Source: Polyangia bacterium (GTDB lineage: Bacteria > Myxococcota_A > Polyangia > JAAYKL01). Taken from it: a stretch of DNA of 64,000 bases. A model generated the notes under the pieces. That model saw nothing but the letters and a program-made list of their open reading frames with translations, was not told the origin of the DNA and did no database searches. The position numbers and the translations under genes are program-made. Shown one piece after another: positions 60,692 through 64,000 of the stretch; the first letter of the stretch is position 1; every line of letters starts with the position of its first letter. The stretch is from assembly GCA_050287845.1 (NCBI GenBank), contig JBNKCR010000055.1, positions 64,001-128,000 of the forward strand. Reading direction: 5' to 3'.

Positions 60692-61969
60692 TCAGTTCGA
60701 GGGGGTAACCTCGTGGTACATTTCGTCACCCAGCAACCAGGCGGTGACAGTTTGATTGTGATGACCAAGGGCACCGGTGATAGTTGCGCCGGTTTCTCCG
60801 AAAGTCGATAATCCTACCATCGGTACCTCTCGCGCTTCACCGGTCAGCCTGGCCAGACAATCCTGAACGGCCTGAACCTCCATGGCGGAACACGACAGCG
60901 CCTTGCCGTGAAGATGACACAGAACGCAATTGAACAGTACCACCGCTGCGACCCGCTTGGGGCGCCCCGCATCAACCCATGCCCGCTCCACTGCGGTTCG
61001 CACCGAATCAACCCGACTGTCGGCGTCTCCCCTCAGCAGCGTCAGACCGATTCCAGGTGGAACGGCAGAGAAGAACGACATCGATCCGTCGCTTCCAATA
61101 TCGGCAGGAGAGCGCACCTGCCAATAGCCACTCGTGGCGTCCAGCAATCCCAGTGGATGGTGCAGAAACTGCGTTTTCGCCTCGTCGATGGTTTTTGCCC
61201 CCACCAATTCGCAATATACCTCTGCCGCAGGTCGGTTATCGAACGACAGAACTTTGCGTCCTTCGGCTTTAGTGATGAATGCGCCCTTGTCCAGCACAGC
61301 GGAGAAGCAGTTGGCCATCCCCGTGCCATTTTTAAGAGACGTTGCGATTGCGACAATACCGAGCTCGTCCTTAAGTACCCGTCCGTTCTGGTACACGCGT
61401 GGCTCCACAAATCGCGAAAGTGCATCCGCCGCAGAACCGCCGACCACCCTTGCGCCACGGCCAACAATATTGGCGATGCCCCGGATGGTATCCTCCTCGC
61501 AAAAGGTACGACCGTCGTGGCCTACCAGCAGCGTGAAAGGAGTTGCAGCTATCATCTCCACAGCAGAGCGCCGCAGCATCCCCAGGTAAAGGTACTCCGG
61601 TCTGAAATTCAGATTGCTGATTGCCTCAGTCGTAGCGGATTCACCGGCGGCGATGGCGTCGCTGCCGATTGGGCTTGCACCGGCACCAAAACTAATCGCC
61701 TGCTGCGGCGCTTCAAAAGACATAATCGCCACAGAACCGGTGACAATGTCTTTTGATTTGTGACTCATTTCGCCGGCGCTGGACATACCCCATGTCGTCC
61801 CCCCGAGGGTTTGGTGGATGCGCTGGGCGATAGCATCCTGATCCTTCATCGCGTCAGCGAAAATGATTGAGAAAGATGCCTTGATGTTCTCGGCTTGAAG
61901 CTGGGAGAGCGCTTCCTCAACGGTCTCTCCGTGCCCCACCGACACTCGGATTCTGCTTTTTTTTGTCAT
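60692..61969 (-). CDS. Stand-alone FIST (FIST-N/FIST-C) sensory protein
   Basis: GMSSAGE, VVGGSAAD, ITKAEGRKVLSFDNRPA, FNCVLC, GLSTFGE and HHNQT. Start at MTKK after GAGGTGG. Confidence 0.87.
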   Translation of the reverse strand: MTKKSRIRVSVGHGETVEEALSQLQAENIKASFSIIFADAMKDQDAIAQRIHQTLGGTTWGMSSAGEMSHKSKDIVTGSVAIMSFEAPQQAISFGAGASPIGSDAIAAGESATTEAISNLNFRPEYLYLGMLRRSAVEMIAATPFTLLVGHDGRTFCEEDTIRGIANIVGRGARVVGGSAADALSRFVEPRVYQNGRVLKDELGIVAIATSLKNGTGMANCFSAVLDKGAFITKAEGRKVLSFDNRPAAEVYCELVGAKTIDEAKTQFLHHPLGLLDATSGYWQVRSPADIGSDGSMSFFSAVPPGIGLTLLRGDADSRVDSVRTAVERAWVDAGRPKRVAAVVLFNCVLCHLHGKALSCSAMEVQAVQDCLARLTGEAREVPMVGLSTFGETGATITGALGHHNQTVTAWLLGDEMYHEVTPSN

Positions 61970-62512
61970 GTCCACCTCTTTCGGAGGGAGTATGTACCGA
62001 GATCTTCCCGGTGCCCTGGACGGGTTGCCGGAGGCCAGCTTCCATCGTCCTGCCAAACATATAAACAATCGTCTTCTAAACGTAATCCAAATGAGTTGAT
62101 AGTCAAAAGAAAGTTCATGACTATTCAACCGACGAGCATGGGAGAGCCAACCTGGAATTCTCAAAACAGATCATTTCCGCCGTCAGCTCAATATTATTTA
62201 ACGAGTAAAAGTCGAACGACTTAACTAACAAATCAGATAATGTAATCAACGAGGCCGTTTTCATCACCGTATCCTTTCTGTTTGAGCCATGCCATGTCAA
62301 ATACAGAACTGAATATCGGCAACACCCGACGAAAGTTTATACTGTTTTACATTTTAAAGCCGATTCCAATGCCAAACGGCTCTTTTCAATACTTTGCCAA
62401 CTCGAAGGGTGACATAGGGTTTTGGGGGACAAGGGGTCAAACCTTCCTACTCGCCATTTGAAGCAAGGCAATGAAAATAATTGGACAGGCGTGCACCCAG
62501 CGTCTCCTATAT

Positions 62513-63286
62513 TCAAAATTCAATTTTCATCAAATCCGGGTGAATGAATTTGTATTTCAGGGTGGTTTTCAGTTTTTCGTTGCTGATGGTTTTGTTGGAG
62601 CCCGTTTGGGTATCGCTGACTTCGGGTGGGGGCTGGTGGAGCAGGGCGGCGGCGTGGGTGTAGAACGCTATTTTTGTGGGGTGGGTGTCAGCGCAGCAGT
62701 TGAAGGTTTGATTCCAGGCCTGTTTGCGAATTATTTGATTGATGATTTCGATGCAGTCATCGCGGTGGATGAGGTTGACGGGGGCGGTTGGATTGGAGAG
62801 GGAGCGGCCGCCGGCGAAGAAGAGGCCGGGGTGGCGGCGGTAGCCGACGAGGCCGGCGAAGCGCAGGACGGTGGTGTTGAGTCGCTTGTTGCCGGTGAAC
62901 ACTTTTTCAATGGAGAGGCGCTTGCCTTTGGGCAGGTCGTCGTCCTCTGTGGCGACCTGGTTGTTGTTGGGATAGACTGAGGTGGAACTGACCAGAATGA
63001 TATTTTGAATGGGGGAGCGCCTTATATGTTTTAAGAGTGTCTGGTGGCCTTCGACGCTGTCGGCCGGTATGTTCACTACCAGAGTTTCCGACTGAAGAAA
63101 TGCATCGACGTTGTCTGTGAGCGCGTTAATGTCCACAACAAAAGGTGTTGTACCAATGGCGCGCAACTGGTCGAGCCTGTCTGCAGTGGTGCTCGACGTT
63201 TTCACATCATACTTTTTTTGGACAAACTGCAGCGCCAGGGGATACCCCAGCCATCCGCTACCTAAAATGCTGATGCTTCTGTTCAT
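62513..63286 (-). CDS. NAD(P)-dependent epimerase/dehydratase (YeeZ-like extended SDR)
   Basis: ILGSGWLG, VSSTSVY, LRFAGLVG and VNLIHRDD. Confidence 0.85.
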   Translation of the reverse strand: MNRSISILGSGWLGYPLALQFVQKKYDVKTSSTTADRLDQLRAIGTTPFVVDINALTDNVDAFLQSETLVVNIPADSVEGHQTLLKHIRRSPIQNIILVSSTSVYPNNNQVATEDDDLPKGKRLSIEKVFTGNKRLNTTVLRFAGLVGYRRHPGLFFAGGRSLSNPTAPVNLIHRDDCIEIINQIIRKQAWNQTFNCCADTHPTKIAFYTHAAALLHQPPPEVSDTQTGSNKTISNEKLKTTLKYKFIHPDLMKIEF

Positions 63287-63461
63287 TTATCTCTTTCTAC
63301 CGTTATCCGCCGGAATCCTGAAACTTTTTTTAAAATTGAATCACAGCGGGCAAATATGGGATGAGTCACACCCCGGGAATTCGATATGGAGCTGTTCTTT
63401 TAAAACGCAGAAGCACTTTCAACTGAAAATCTGAAGAGAAGAGGGGAGATAAGGATGCGGG

Positions 63462-64000
63462 TTACTGGGGCATCATCATGCCGGGGGGCATTCCCTGCAT
63501 GCCGGGGGGCATTCCCTGCATGCCCATGGGCATTTGCGGTGCATCCTCATTTTTGTCATCCGATTTTGCATCCTTGAGGAAATCTTTAGCTACCTTCTGT
63601 GTGGCCGGTTCCATGCCGTAATTGGCCACTTTAACGATGTACTCGCTGTCACTGGATTTGACATACCGCTGGCTGCCGTCATCCTTGGCACCGATGGTCA
63701 GAGTCACCTTGTGGGGTTTGCCGTCCTTCTCGGTTTCAATGACCACCGTTGCGCCATCTTTGAGACCATACGAAGCGTCTTCCTTTTTGCCCAGCGGCTC
63801 CGCCAATTTCACGTCGAGGAATTTTTCGACAAATGATTTCAGGCCTTTTTTATCCACCTGCCTGGGAACCGCGGAATCGGTATCTGCTTTTTCAACGGCT
63901 TCGGTATCGGAATTGACAGCTTCAACAAGCCCGGGAATATCCCAGTTGTCGCCATCCTTAACGATATTGATGGTGCCTTTTGCATTGGTCACGGTGATGG
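63462..64000 (-). CDS. DUF4340-like domain protein (5' partial) with Met/Pro/Gly tail
   Basis: Frame is open to the window end; YGL...LTIGAK...RYVK pattern; GMQGMPP tail encoded by a 21-bp tandem repeat (63477-63518). Confidence 0.65.
   Translation of the reverse strand, partial: ITVTNAKGTINIVKDGDNWDIPGLVEAVNSDTEAVEKADTDSAVPRQVDKKGLKSFVEKFLDVKLAEPLGKKEDASYGLKDGATVVIETEKDGKPHKVTLTIGAKDDGSQRYVKSSDSEYIVKVANYGMEPATQKVAKDFLKDAKSDDKNEDAPQMPMGMQGMPPGMQGMPPGMMMPQ

Noticed and set aside
62471..62980. 169-aa plus-strand Gly/Val-rich ORF
   Set aside because: It is antisense to the well-supported epimerase gene.

Overview
Bacterial chromosomal window, most likely from a Myxococcota/deltaproteobacterial lineage. 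This is inferred from the Asp-Thr-repeat lipoproteins, a GCGC-type C-terminal sorting signal, a giant Ser/Thr kinase and an ECF/FecR module. The left ~44 kb is mostly core metabolism: a UbiA/SMR pair, a cysK-sir-GltD/DsrL-like-cysH sulfur assimilation operon, a Ser/Thr kinase, a complete rnfABCDGE operon, an ECF sigma module, MATE/thiE/cysC, a porin, a TetR-RND efflux system, tkt and cstA. From ~44 to 60 kb lies an accessory region. Its strongest signal is a three-gene candidate RiPP/protein-modification system at 53455-57511 (minus strand): a B12-dependent radical SAM enzyme, a chagasin/I42-domain protein carrying ten Y-A-(A/V)-P motifs, and a splicease-like radical SAM/SPASM-TPR enzyme. It is flanked by two probable pseudoenzymes, a trypsin-like protein lacking the catalytic His/Asp and a GH54 protein lacking the expected Asp. 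The region also holds a second radical SAM gene next to a small peptide gene, a VOMI-domain secreted protein, and two copies of a ~180-bp palindromic MITE-like element. No rRNA, tRNA, CRISPR array or transposase gene was recognised. All family assignments come from motif recognition by eye; no database search was run.
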